This document shows positions 24,005 through 36,948 of a DNA stretch of 46,864 nucleotides, in pieces. Location of the stretch: NCBI GenBank assembly GCA_051942205.1, contig JAVECO010000176.1, positions 1 to 46,864 of the forward strand, given 5' to 3'. The position numbers and the translations under genes are program-made. Source of the stretch: Coniocarpon cinnabarinum (Eukaryota). The notes under the pieces are model-generated. The model made no database searches. It had not been told where the DNA came from and saw only the letters and a program-made list of their open reading frames with translations. How positions within the stretch are numbered: the first letter of the stretch is position 1; every line of letters starts with the position of its first letter.

Positions 24005-25301
24005 TCAGTGTGCGCCAGTCAGCTTTTCTCCTAGCGTCCAAAGCTTTTCGCATTCTGTTGACCCAGTAGCGTAGTTATACGGTGTGTTGTATCCTGCGTC
24101 CCACAAGAGTGCCGGCGCTTTCTCTATGCGATACATCAGCTTGGTAAAGGATGCTCATAGATCGTGTAAAACATACTTCGGACTTCAGGATCCAAAGCGG
24201 CTCGAAGCATGTCCATGACACCTTGCTGGACCGTTTTCTGAGGGCCCATATCGATGTGATTCTCGCCTGTGAACTCTGAATGACCGTCGCTGTAAGCCAA
24301 AATCGATACGCAAACTTTAAATGAGTCTTACTTTCGTGCCTCGCGACAGCCAATCGATAACCTTCGGCGAAAGCGTCCTTTGTCACCCCCGAGTTCATCA
24401 CAAGGTGCGTGCCCGTAACGTCTAAGAACATGGTCAACATGACTAGAACAGGCACCTTACAAAAGGCACTGCTCACGGCCCGGATGCACTGCCAATGCGG
24501 CCAACCCCTGTGACTTGTACCGGCCGCTCAAAGCGTACGCATGTAAAATGTTTGCTGTCTTTGCTTGACCATAGGCATACCAAGGGTTGTAAGTTTTGCC
24601 GCCCTGTCAATCAAAGGTCAATCTCGTCCACATGCGGTACGGCACGTTGCTTTGAGACAGACTCACGCTGAAGTTGGGGTCATCAAAACGAACTTCTGAA
24701 AGCTCATAAGCTTGACTGGTGACATTGACCACAGTACCATGAGCGGCTAGAAGCTCTGGTAGCAATTCCCTGGTGAGCAGGAAATGCCCCGTGAAACTGG
24801 AAGCCAGCTGCATTTCAATACCGTCTATTGACTGCTCGTACTTCGGCATCCCCATCTACGGCAACATAAGTTTACTATTTCACGAGCATCACGATCAGCA
24901 AACCAACCGTGCCTGCACTGTTGATCAGCACATCTATCTTGTTCGTAGACTCTTTGATCTTCTGAGCTGCTCTTCTGACTGATGCGCTGCTTCCGAGATG
25001 GCATTCAACAAAAGTTGTCGAGATAAGGTGATGGGTGTGTTTGATTTGGTCAACGACTGGCTGTATTTTATGGGAAGATCTTCCTAGAAGGAAGATCTTG
25101 GACGGATGGCTCTTTGCGAGTGACAAGCATGTTTCAGCTCCCAAGCTATGAACGCTGGTGCCAGTAACAACGACTAGACACTCGTCAATGGTTTGACAGT
25201 ATTAGGCCGGCATCTAGTGGCTCACAAGTCTTTCCATGCACTTCGCTTTTAAACCTCTTCACGACGTCATCGCCCGTAGATGTGACTGTAAAGCTACTCA
25301 T
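24005..25301 (-). CDS. Short-chain dehydrogenase/reductase (retinol dehydrogenase/WWOX-like)
   Basis: MSSFTVTSTGDDVVKRF..GKT, VVTGTSVHSLG, LINSAG, DGIEMQ..GHFLL, YNPWYAYGQAK (YxxxK intact), VHPG, EKLWTLGEKL; stop at 24007-24005. Confidence 0.9.
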
Positions 25302-25935
25302 GTTTACTGACGAAGCTATCAGAGTTGTTTTCTGCTGCACGAGATAGTTGCGACTAACATGTATGCACAGATGTTGGGAAAGTTTCGTCTTTTCAAGAAG
25401 TTGACGATGTGCTCTGTGTCCTCTTACACGTGGCGTTTTCTAGACTTAGTAAATTCCGAAGGCGAACCCAGAAGGTAGCGACGATCGTCAGGCATCTTTA
25501 TTGTGTAATCTTGGCAGATGTGCAGAAGCTCGAAATGCAGCTTTCCTTGACGGGGCCGACAACTACACTGTAAAGAAACAGTCGCCACGTTGAATCATAT
25601 TGCGAGATCTTACATTTCACACATGAGAGCTCAGGCTGGGTCAAAGCGCCTATCCGAGAGCATTGAACGGCTGGCCAGCCTGAAAACGGAAGCCTGGGCA
25701 CTCGATCGGATCGCTTGATCAAGGATGAATGGACCCGCGCATGGTGTGATGCATGCAAATCTACCTCCTCACACTGAGAAGAGGTAATAGACGCAATTCG
25801 TACCTTTTTCGACCGCAAGAAAGGCTGTTGCAAGGTTTCATAGGCGCCATACTGGGCGACCTGAGCACCTACATCAGAGAGTTTCAGGCTACAAAGCTGC
25901 AAACACCAAGGCGAGAGTCCACATCTTGCCGACTG

Positions 25936-27713
25936 TCACCCGCGTGGTTCCAACCAAACACTCATGTCCCACTGCCTGACGAAAAAGCTATTCTGCGTTT
26001 TCCACTCCTTAGTGGGCTCCACCAATTGGACATTGAATGTCGCAAACAAGGTCGCCATGACCTTGTAAATCTCCATGATCGCAACATGACGTCCAGAACA
26101 CATGCGCTTGCCATAGCCAAAAGTCAGGTCTGATTCTTTCATGCGATGAACTCTCTCCTCGAACGACGCGTTTGATTCGTCTTTCTGTTGAAGCCAACGT
26201 TCAGGCTTAAACTCATCGGGTGCCGTTCCGTAGACACCCTCGTCTCGATTGATCACCATTGGGTTCATGCCCACAACTGTGTTGCGTGGAATGAAACGTC
26301 CATCCGGGAGCCGCAGGCCACTCTCTGGTACAATGCGCTCAAGCGCGATACCCACAGCAGGATGCAGTCGCATAGACTCACGAATGACGGCGTCTAAATA
26401 TGGGAGCCGACTGACGTCTCTGTACGGCTTTGGTGAGGCATGGCGCATACCGGCATCATCCAGCTCCCTTTGAAGCCTGTTCATGCATTCGGCATGCTTG
26501 CACAGGAAGTAAAGCACCGCCCGAAGCTCAATAGCGGTAGTATCGCTGCCTGCTATCTTTGTCTAACCGTTAGTATCTCGTGTTGCAAATGCGCATGTCC
26601 CTGGATATCACCGTCTGTACTCACCACGTTTGACATGAGATACACAATGATGCGATTGTCGTCTACGTCAGGGTCATTCTTCTTCATGTCTAGGAACAAG
26701 TCCAGAAAGTCTGCTTGCACTTCTGGGTCGTGTTTGTCTTCGCCGGCCATGCGGGCATACATCTGTTTGGCGCCCCATCCTGCTGCGGCACCGAACGAGG
26801 GCGGACCCAGAGGATAGACAGGATTCTTGTCGAAGAGCTGGTCGAGGAACGGCATCTGAGAGATAAGACTAAAGTAGTGAATAGCTCTCCTACCGGTATC
26901 AATCAGGTCGTCAATATCTCGGGCTTGGTCGAGAAAGCCAAGCTCGCGACTGAAAGTGACTTTGCCAATCACATCCCATGCATCTGCGCGACCCGGGTCA
27001 GAAGTTTACTGTGCAAGAACGAAGCTTGGTCGTGCGTACAGTAGTGCAGCCAATCGTCGATCTTACAGGGCTTCTTCTTGACGACAAACTCTTCCGTAAG
27101 CCTTGAAATCAGATGAGCGATTGTCTCATCTACTTGGCCTTCGAACTGTAGGACGCTGTTCATGGTATACAGCTTGTTGAAGCGCTTGGTCATGACAGTA
27201 TGCCATGCCTCATCGCGAGCACTGAAGAGGGTCTGTATCACCCGCCCTCTGCCACTCGCGATATCGTTGACAGAGTAAAAGTTACTCTAACGGTGTGTCA
27301 GCTAACGGATTCTGAGTAGGCTTACCATCGTCGCAATCGTTGTCGCAACTATCTAGTGCAAGGATCGCATTCAAGCAACAACGCGCGCTGCATGTGGACA
27401 GGCTGGGAAACACGGAAATAAGACATGCCTTCTTCCACTTCTCTTTGGTTGAAAAGACCGTTTTGATGAGGCTTGGATCGCTGAGACTGACTCGGCCGGG
27501 TCCATATTGAACTGCTGGACCGTATTTCCTATGCAGGTGGCGATGGCTCACGTCGCTTTGTCCTTTCCAAACATCCAAAAGATTCCACAGGTTGGTGATC
27601 TTGGCAAGTAAAGGACCCGGAATGTTTCTCAAAGAGACGACGAAATATTGGAATGCAGCCGAAATAGCAAGGACCCCTAGCAGGGTCTCAACGATTAGGG
27701 CAGCCGAAGGCAT
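25936..27713 (-). CDS. Cytochrome P450 (pisatin-demethylase-like)
   Basis: LRNIPGP, HRKYGPAV, FSARDE, AGSDT, ESMRLHP, LERIVP, FKPERW, FGYGKRMCSG. The first intron appears to use a GC donor. Confidence 0.93.
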
Positions 27714-28354
27714 GGTGCATCAAGCAGGTGTGCAGGTCAAAAGCGTCTGCTCTGCGTCTGGTCAGGCGAGACTTGTAGGGAATGCCCTTTTAGGCGCCGA
27801 TTCGCACGCATAAATTTGGGCATACAACGATAGGTGCAAAATTGACCAACGATCATTTCACCCTCCGACGAAGGGGGTGCGCCTGCGACAGCCCCGCATG
27901 AGACCGGGCCGCAGATGTGGAGTCTAGAAAGGCCCAACCGAGCTGGGATTCCCTCGCCTAGCATTACGAAACGACCTCAAATGGCAAGCTAGCAAGCTGA
28001 TGAACCAAAGAAAAGGGGTGTGATCCGAGTGCATGAACAGTCTCGGCAATGCTGCGCTGCCGGGCTATGGCGCCACGGGCGATCTTTGCGCTGCTGACGG
28101 CGCTCGGCAAAAGCCACATCATGCATACCCTTATTCTACGTTTGCTCTTGATACTTCAGCAGTTTGTTCTTCGATGTGGCATAGAGGTAGAATTCGTGAT
28201 AGGGAGGTGCATTCATGACAGACGTCCGCGCAGAGAGGGGCGAAAACACAACGTGATGTAGGGCAGCGCTAAAGCAGGGTCGCCGCACGGTCGTGAATGT
28301 TGTGATTCGGCTCCAGACCAAGGAATCGAGCGGACTGGTGTGGCCTGTATTGCT

Positions 28355-29206
28355 CCTGGCGCGTGGCACCGTTTCTCCATGGCCTCCGCCAAGGGAGGTT
28401 GGGTCTAGCGCGGCGCGTGCGGTGGCTTCTACGAAACAGTCAGATCGTTCGAGCGCAAGCGTGCCCTATACTCCGTAAACGAAATACGGTCGAGGAATCA
28501 CCCCGAACATCCAGAGTGCTAGGCAAATGAGTCCCCGGAATCTGGGATGGAAGCACGATGTATCTTGCCCCAGGATTTCCCCACCCAACCACGCGCCAAG
28601 CCACCGGGGTGCGCTTGGTCTCACACCGCCCCACGATAGGTAATAATCCAGCCACCAGCACAGCAATCTAACTTGGCACCTTGGCTACCCTGTTGCGCAC
28701 GTTTTTCCACTTCCCCGTGCTCCTCACAGCGCCACGATGCTAGTCAATGTCGGCCGCCTCTCACCCAACGTGCGCGTCGATGCTGAGCACGACCGTGTCG
28801 TAGGAGGGAAAGATGTGATGGTCGTGCATGTGTCGTCTCTCCTGACCGCACTACTGCGTGCCTCGCGGAAGATGGAGGCCCGTCGGAGGTCGGTCAATCA
28901 GTAAACTCTACAAGCTGCCAGGCCATTTAACCGTGCAGACTGGCGCCGAGGGGAACGGCCGCATTCGACGACGGAACACTCGCCTCGACCTCACTGCATG
29001 AGACACACCCCACGGCTCAACACACGGCCCGCGTCGCCTAAGATTACACAGAGCCGCCCGGTATTGGCTGAGGCCTGTGGTTGAGGCCCGCGATAACGTT
29101 TGCTAGTTGCGCCTCACACACCAAACGGATCACCATGCGGAGATTAAGTCCTTGCCGACCTGGTCAATGCCTGGGCGGCCACCTTTGATGTGAAGTAGGA
29201 CCTGGC
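28355..29206. promoter_or_regulatory. Cluster of seven GCCARG (PacC consensus) motifs in the divergent intergenic region
   Basis: GCCAAG at 28388 and 28595; GCCAGG at 28917; CTTGGC at 28672 and 28680; CCTGGC at 28355 and 29201. Confidence 0.35.
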
Positions 29207-29253
29207 GTCGGCCATGCTACGACCTCCGTGACTTCAACAACTCTTCCTCAAGC

Positions 29254-30526
29254 ATGGCCGACAGCGGCAGCAAAGTGCCCACGGTGGTCGGCGTGCTGAC
29301 CGTCGAGCTTATTCTGAGTCTGGTCGCCGTAGGTGCTCGACTCTACACGCGGACAGTGGTCAAGCGTGTGGCCGGCTGGGATGACGCGCTGCTCGTCCTA
29401 GGCCTTGTAAGTGGGCAAGACAGGACGTTGGACACCGTCGACATCGAGCTGATCACGGTCGCCAGGTCTTGATCATAGGGTTTTCTATTGGCATGTTCGT
29501 ATGTGTCGGTGACGGATACGGTCGTCACAAAGAACGCTACTCTTCCCAAGAGTACATTCAGATCATCAAGACTGAGCTCATCGCACAAACGTTCGTGGTG
29601 CTCGCCTTTGTGCCTACGAAATGTGCCGTTGGAGCAACCATGATCAGGGTCTTCCCTGGCCGGGTCCTGCACGCGATTCTCTGGTTCATGATGATAACGG
29701 TCGCGATCATATTTGTCTTGAACGCAATCCTCGACTTTGTGCAGTGCAATCCACCACATCACATGTGGTCAGTCCAACTTCCATGCTAATGCCCTTTTTT
29801 CCATCAGCACAGTGCTCACGGCTTCTTCCAGGGATTACACCGTCCCAGCGTCGTGCTGGAACCCTTTGATATACACGCGATACTCTATCTTCACAGGTGG
29901 TCAGTGTTGTCAGCAAGATTTCCATGTCCTAACTAATCTTGCAAAGCTTGGGGCGCGCTTTATGATTTTGTCTGTGTCGTAGTGCCTTGGTGGTATGTTC
30001 GAAGCCCAGAGATCTCGCGGCATTGATGTAGGATTGACTTCCAAACGTCTAGGTACATCTCCAGATTGCAGATGGAGTTGAAGGAAAGAATCGCCATTGC
30101 ATCCGCCATGAGCTTGGGTATCTTGTGAGCATACTGCCTGCATGGACAACGACAATCACATTTCATTGACCGAATCTTGCTAGTGCGGGTGCCTGCGCCA
30201 TCGTGAAATCAGTGGAACTGCAAAAGCTCAGCTCACGAACGGACTACGCATACGATACCGTCGGCATCAACATGTGGTCATCCTCTGAGTTATGTCTGAT
30301 CTGCATTGCGGCTTCCATCCCGACCTTGAGGCCCCTACTGCGTAAGATCCAAGGCAAAAGCGATAACCAATATCGTGAGACCCCGCACAGCCACGAGTTC
30401 CAGACGTTTGGATCCAAACCAAACAGCCATGGACGAATCGCTGCTGCTCGCTTGCCGTCGCGGACCGACAGCGAGGAAGCGTTGACGCTCGATCACTTGG
30501 CATACGTTGGGTCGGCGCGGGCATGA
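29254..30526 (+). CDS. Second PTH11/SAT4-like rhodopsin-domain membrane protein
   Basis: VAVGARLYTR..AGWDDALL, GYGRH, TKCAVGATMIR, QCNPPHHMW, LQMELKERIAIASAMSLG, ELCLICIAASIPTLRPL. Five introns join in frame. Confidence 0.9.
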
Positions 30527-30954
30527 TGTGTCGCATGCGGTTCTAGCATTCAAGCAATGTGCAATCATTAGCTTCAGCAATCTTACCTGACGGAGCCGCC
30601 CAAGCTATTTTCGTGTGTCTGAACATCTCTTTCATTCCGATGGAGCAACTGCTTCACGTACAATGTCTCGAAGACCCATGGCTCACGTCCCCTAGCAATC
30701 GTGTTCTTCCATGGTCTCCTGTCTCGTCTAAGCTCACCGTTTAGCTGCTTCGTTCTCCAGACCACTCCCAGGCTTTCTTACGAGGAAACATCAGATCGCT
30801 TTGCCTCGACGGTGAGGGTCACTTCCTGCCAATTTGCTTCATACAGCCCTCGCCTTCAAACTTAGATGCTCTTCAGCTTTCTTTTCAGCTTTCTGAGGTT
30901 GCGCTAGGGAAGACTCGTTCAAGCAAGAATCATGTTCCATTGTTGAGGCAGATT

Positions 30955-31500
30955 TACGTTTCTCTTCTGATCAGAACTTCTAGATCTTCGGAGGAGGAAA
31001 CACAGCATCCACTACGCTCGCTTGCTTTGCCTCAGGAATCGCCCAATGCACACAGTTCCCAGGCTCGATGTCAAAACTCCCCAATAACATTGCCACAATG
31101 CTGAGAATTTCCGCTGTTGCAAAATAGCGACCAGGACGCATCATACTTCCCCCGCCCCATGGTCGGTAGCTGCCGGCCGAGGTGCTGCATCGCACGTCGT
31201 CGTTCACGACTTTCAACTTTGTACTCTCCACCCCAAGAGCAACAAAGCGATCTGGCGTGAAGGCTGTCGAGCCTCATGTACTACGTTCGCGATGAATCAC
31301 GGAGTGCGGCACCTGAAGCACTGGTTCCTTCTTGAGAAGGTACTGTCCGGCAAGAATTGTGTCTTCAAGAATTACCCGGGTCAAAGCACCCCGCTAATAG
31401 GTGGGCCAGTGGTACGTTCCTGTGTACCGATTATTGCACACGCAACGATTTTCAGGGATGTGAACAACGATAAACCAAGCTGGAAATGCATTGCTTACTG
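30955..31500 (-). pseudogene. Cytochrome P450 C-terminal fragment (sterol 7-alpha-hydroxylase-like), degenerate
   Basis: TRVILEDTILAGQYLLKK..VIHRERST*GS..FTPDRF contains an in-frame TGA. The heme motif reads PWGGGSMMRPGRYFA (Cys>Arg). There is a frameshift near the C-terminus and no N-terminal half. Confidence 0.82.
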
Positions 31501-33130
31501 GAGACAGTCTCAATCTTCCGTGGGCTAGAGATTCCTCTGATAATGAGCTGTTAATTTGCAAGAATAGACAGAGAGGACTTTGACCAGAAATTGCTTGTCA
31601 GATTTGCTAGATATCAATACGATGCGACTAGAAACTTACTCGCCCACATGCGATGGCCTTCAGCCCACCGGATGCAGCAGATTCCGCGCCGACTGCCTCA
31701 TCCTCCTTGTCGAGGCTATTTGTCCTTGCTTGGCCTGGTTAAACGCAATGCACCTGCAGCAATCTTGCGATGTAACCCAGAAGAAGTTGAAGGGCCACAG
31801 GAAGTGCAGTTTGATCTCAATGTACGCCAAGTGCTCTTTCTGGTCGGATATCTCCTCGCCAGGCCATTGATTGTCTAAATGGAAGCCCCTAAAAAGCTTA
31901 GGTCAAGCCCAGAACGACGACGCTGAGATATCACTGACTGGAAATAAACAAGATCATCACTTGGTAGCACGTACCTCACTTCGATGCTCTTAAGCCATCT
32001 CGTCTCTACTTGTTCCTCTTGAGTTAAACAATGCTGGAAGCGTGGTGCCAAATAGGCATGGATTTTGTCACACCAAGCACGCTCCTGGCGCCTGCCTCCA
32101 AGGATCAAGCTTTGGTCTCTATAGATCATGATTCGTCGATCTGGATCCAAATTATATCGTTCGTAAGGTGCCATTAAACCAGTTCGAAATACACCGATCG
32201 GCTGCCGTCGCCGAACTGCCATTCGATCAAGAAGCGGGCCAAAGATCTGCATAGGTATGGGCCACATCTCGATTTTCATTAAATTTTTCATGAGAAAGCG
32301 CTGTGTGTGCTGACCTATTCATGTCAATCGCATGGGCCTGCATTGCGATTGCGACAGCAAAGTGTTCTGCGTCGAGCCGCCAGTCCTCAACATGGACAGT
32401 AGAAAGACCAGTCGAGACGGTCACATCGAATGCATGCCACTGTGATCGAAAAAAAGAGCCGGATTGAGATCTCGTCCATTTCAGCAAAAGTCTCAACACC
32501 GTTTACGACGAATCCACTCTCGAACGTACGTCTGTGTGAGCGCCACCTCCAGCGAGTGTTCAGGTCAGGCGCGCCTCGTCCCTTTTTAGATGTTCTTGCT
32601 CGTCTGCTCTGTGATATGTAAGTATACATCAGCTACAGGACTTGAAGGCATCAAGACACGCTGCAAAGGTAGGACGTTTCACTTCCGCGCTTAAACGTCA
32701 CACATCCATCAGGATATTACCCAAGTCCATCGATGGCGCGCGACAGAACATGACATATTTACGAGTCACGGCAGATCCGCAGCGACGAAAGAACCAGCCA
32801 AATTACCACAACAGATACTCATCCAAAGCTTCTTTCCGTACAGTCAGACCAAGTTGGCTGATGATGCCGCTGTGAATGCAGTACCCCCTCCCAAAGCGTT
32901 TGGGCTCGTTATATTGGGCGCTAGAACGCCACCTGACGGCTTACTGGTTGGAGCACGCAACACGGTGGAGCAGGAGCAATCATCTGGTTTATCGAACGTC
33001 ATCGTTGCAGCTATATAGCTCACAGACTGAAATAGACCATTAGTGCAAAGTTGTTCAGTGGGTTAAAGCGTTCAATCTTCACTGTCATGTAAAGTCATCA
33101 GAAGCCACGCAAATTCTGAATGACTTTGCT

Positions 33131-34326
33131 TCAGCGTCCTCCCTGCTGGCCCATGTAGCTTTCCAATTGCTTGCGCGCCCATTTGCCACCCTCGCGCTTG
33201 ATTACAGGCATAGCATAAGTTGTAAACAGCGCTCCCGCTTGGTTCGCCCAGACATTCTTACCCCCAGCCCTCTCGTCACGACGGGCATCGCTTCGCGCAC
33301 GGCGGACAGGCGGCTCATCGCGACGACGCTCACGACGATCATAAGGATCATCGTCATATTTTGATGGACGTGGCTGAGAGCGACGCCTGTCCTGCCTGTA
33401 GTCAGGTCGCTTGGGCGGGTAGTCGTCATACCGGCCAGAACGACGCCTGTCGCTGTATTGATTGTCATCATCCCAATCGCGACGTCGGCGCGAAGGGCCC
33501 TCAGAATCATACCCACGGTCACGGCGAGAGTCAGGACCTCGTTGGGGAGGTGGGCGACGACGAGAGCGTGGATCGTACTCATCATCCAGATCTGAGTCAT
33601 GTCGTCCACGAGGTGGAGCGTCGTAGCGTCGTCTTGCCGCCATGCGGTCGTCGCGATCGTCGCGAGGGTCACGGCCTCCACGAGTTCTGTCTGGAAGCAC
33701 GAATCCATCCTCGCGACCGCCTGCGTGGCGAGAGCGTCCACTTGGTCTGTTCGTGCTGCCATCGTCTACATCTCCAATACTGTCACGAGCATCTCGTGGA
33801 GGTCGCTTCCTCACACTTTTAAGCTGTTCGCCTTCGTCGCTCTCATAGCCGTCACGTCGTTCTCGAAAGCGGCGATCACCGTCGCCGGTTTTCTTTTCGA
33901 GATCATGTGCTCGTCGTTTAGGTTTCGGATCATCCGGCACGAATTCGACTTGACCTGGAGAGTCCAAAATCAGCAACGCAACAGTTCTAGAAGGGAAGCT
34001 GCAGTGACGGTACCGTTACGATGTCTGACGTAGCTGCCTTTAATGGTTCCTTCGTCATCGGAAGAGTGGTAGTCAGTCGGCGGCGGCTTCACACGAACTC
34101 TGGAATTTGATCGTTCACGCCGCTGCTGACGATCGCGAGGGTCTTCACTGGGATCGACAAGGATTGATTTGCGTCGAGGATTTGGGGCCGGGCGATCTTC
34201 GCCGTGTCCGTTAAGAGGTTGCGGTGTAGGAGGTGGGTGAGAGCGGTGGGAGCGAGGATCGTCAGGAGCATCGTTATCATCATCATCAATGTTATCAGCA
34301 AAGCGGGGACGTCGAGGAGGTGACAT
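33131..34326 (-). CDS. Arg/Asp/Pro-rich low-complexity hypothetical protein
   Basis: Two long ORFs joined by a GT-AG intron (~34011-33958). Coding-like composition with an amphipathic C-terminal helix (ALFTTYAMPVIKREGGKW). Confidence 0.75.
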
Positions 34327-34787
34327 GGCTGAAAGTTAGTCAGTAGGCCAGGAAGGGCTGGTGGAGGGCGGGTAGGGAAGAGACGGAGTCGACAGATGAG
34401 TGAAGCCCGCGAGAAGGTGAGTTGCGTTGTGTGGGGGATGCAGACCGCAGTAAAGGACTCAACGAGAGTGCTGGGTAGGTATTCCAGAGTGATAGGTAAG
34501 TCTATGTGTGGAAGTGTGGAAGTGTTGGAGCGGGCGCAGTCTGGACAGTGAGCGACGTGGAAACACGGTGAAGCGGCTGCGGGGCCACGAAAAGTTGGAG
34601 TGATCGGATGCATGATGAAGTCACACGGATTTATCTTCTGACCCTGCCTAATGAAACCCCGCAAGGCTAGTAATCGTCACGTGCCCAGCGATATTGGTTC
34701 TATTGTGATGAAAGTCACATAGATACGCGCCAGTAGAACAATGCTCGCAGATTCTCCGGTGATCATAACACTCAAAAACAGAACTAA

Positions 34788-36279
34788 TTAAGCTATCCTT
34801 GCTTGTATAGCAGCGAGCGACGTTCTGAGTGCTCCAACAACGGAGAAAGCCATAAGTGGCGAGAATGCGTATGCGACCGTGAGGAATTTTGCGATCGACA
34901 ACTTTTCATCTTCTGGCGATCCAGTCACGTCAGCCAAAGCGACCAGTTTTAGGGCAGGGGGTCCTGAGCCAGGTCAGCAAATGTTTCTCAGAAAAATCTT
35001 CAGGGAGAGAGCAAACCATACCACAAGGCATAAGTGACATGGCAAAGAAGAGAAAAGGGTCAGGGGCAAGCCATTTCGTCTTCGACGCAACAGACCATAT
35101 GAGCGGAATAGACACTGCCGGCCAGAGAACAAAACGCCCGAACAGAACCACTACCAGTGGCTGCCACGGTAAAGTGCCCCCTTCTTCGCCCATTTTCATC
35201 GCATGAAGACTTTGACGTAGCTTCACCCCGACCACCACGACCTGCAACGCAGGGAACAAGTCTCCCACGTTTTTGACACTTGAAGTGAGCCACGCATTAA
35301 AGATGCCACCGTTCTCAGCATCCGCAAAGAAGGCGGTCTTCAGCGCTGGGATGAGAGCAATGCAAACTCCAATGAGTGTGCCAATCAGAGGAGCGTTGAT
35401 AAAGAGGCCAACAAAGCTTCCTGCATTCTGAAGCCACTTCGGCATGCGGTCCCAAACTCTACGCAAGCGGCGATAACCACGATGCTCCGCATGTGTTGCA
35501 AACCGGATCACACGTTTCGGCAACAAGCTTGACTCTTCATTTGCACTGGTGTCCCGCGCCTCGAGTTGTTCATCTTCCTGATCAAGTCGATCTTCCTCGA
35601 CTTGTCTGCGTGACTCTGGTGTCAAGGGCTCCTCCTCTTCAAGCTCCTTAACAACAACGGCATTGAATGGACTCTGTCGCTTATATACCGATTCACGTCG
35701 AGAATCTGAGGTGCCCAGCAGCCTCGCCCCGATGCCGAATGTAAGTGAGTCAGCAATCATCGAATTGACCAGGAAGAATGATTTGGCACGACTAAGCGCT
35801 TCAGGTAACTCGTCTCCACCTGCCTCTAGCAATGGGTTCAGAATGTTTGTATGACCCAGCGCCTCCAGCAGAAGCAGCGGCATCGAAATGCTATTATTGA
35901 ATGTGATGGCGGGTGTTGTCCACGCTGGCAGCTTCAGCACCTTTCGCAGAACTAATCCCAGGCCAATCGAAATGAAATTGTACAGCAGAGCCCATATGAT
36001 AATCGGAATGTACTTGTCTTCAGTCTTGTAGCTGAGTTGCGAGCCGATATTAACCAGAAGTAAGGATGGCAGGAAGAGCTTGACACAGACTGTGGATACA
36101 TGTTTGGCAGATTCCTCGGATAACAGATTATACTGAGCGGATACGACGCCGAAGCCAATCGTTAAGAGGACTGAGACACTAGCTTGCAGCGCTCCTGTAG
36201 AAAGCTATCAGTATGACATCCCATTTCAAGAACGCATGCAATACCGACCGAGCACTGCGGTGAGAAGTTCAGAGGCCAT
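34788..36279 (-). CDS. Auxin efflux carrier (Mem_trans/PILS-like) membrane transporter
   Basis: GALQASVSVLLTIGFG, VKLFLPSLL, FNNSISMPLLL, NAPLIG, GRFVLWP, PCGPPA. Two TM bundles separated by a hydrophilic loop. Confidence 0.88.
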
Positions 36280-36948
36280 GTGTGCAGTCACTGATTTTTA
36301 GAGCCACGCGTCGTCGCAACCTCGGTATGGGCTAACGAGGGAGTACCAAGGTGACCGAGGAATGAGGACCAGAAAGAAAAGAGGAAGGATACGCTGGTGC
36401 CGTGATATTCATGATCGACCGTTATCGCAGAGCATTTGCAACATTCAGCGCTCGAGCCTCGCAACACAATACAGAGCTCAGTCAGAAGCTGCAGAGGCGT
36501 TGTTATCAGTGAGGCGATCTCCCAAACCAGCTTCCGTCCTGGGCAGCACGAGGCGTTGATGACTAAGCGTACGGCACGTGGCGGCACTCTCCCGATATGG
36601 CACTAGCGCCAGGTACGGCACCGCGACACCCGGGTAGCGGAAAAGCTTGGCTCTATCGCCCGATCGCTGCTGACCTCACTGCTGCCCAGTTTCTGGTGGT
36701 CGTGTGGAAAGACGCGTCGACCAATGCTCTTTTGCGTGAATCCTGTTTTCCCCTTTTGAACGCGCTTCAACAGTGTCTGCTTTTTGTTTCTGTTCTCAAT
36801 TTCCACAGTCTTTACGCGATGTGCTCTCAGCGGTAACCACGCTGGACGACCGCAAGCCGTTCCTTACTGTGCTATTGAAGCTTCGGCCTGCCACATCCTC
36901 CTGCTCCACCCCTGACAATCCTGGGAGGTCACCTGGAGACCGTCGCAG

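Noticed and set aside
8470..28030. TCCGA/TCGGA seen in most cluster promoters as a possible binding site for the cluster TF
   Set aside because: A 5-mer is expected roughly every 500 bp on two strands, and no longer shared motif was evident by eye; needs MEME-type analysis.
33167..34033. Multiple long overlapping ORFs on both strands
   Set aside because: By-product of CGN/GAY-rich low-complexity coding sequence that lacks stops in other frames.
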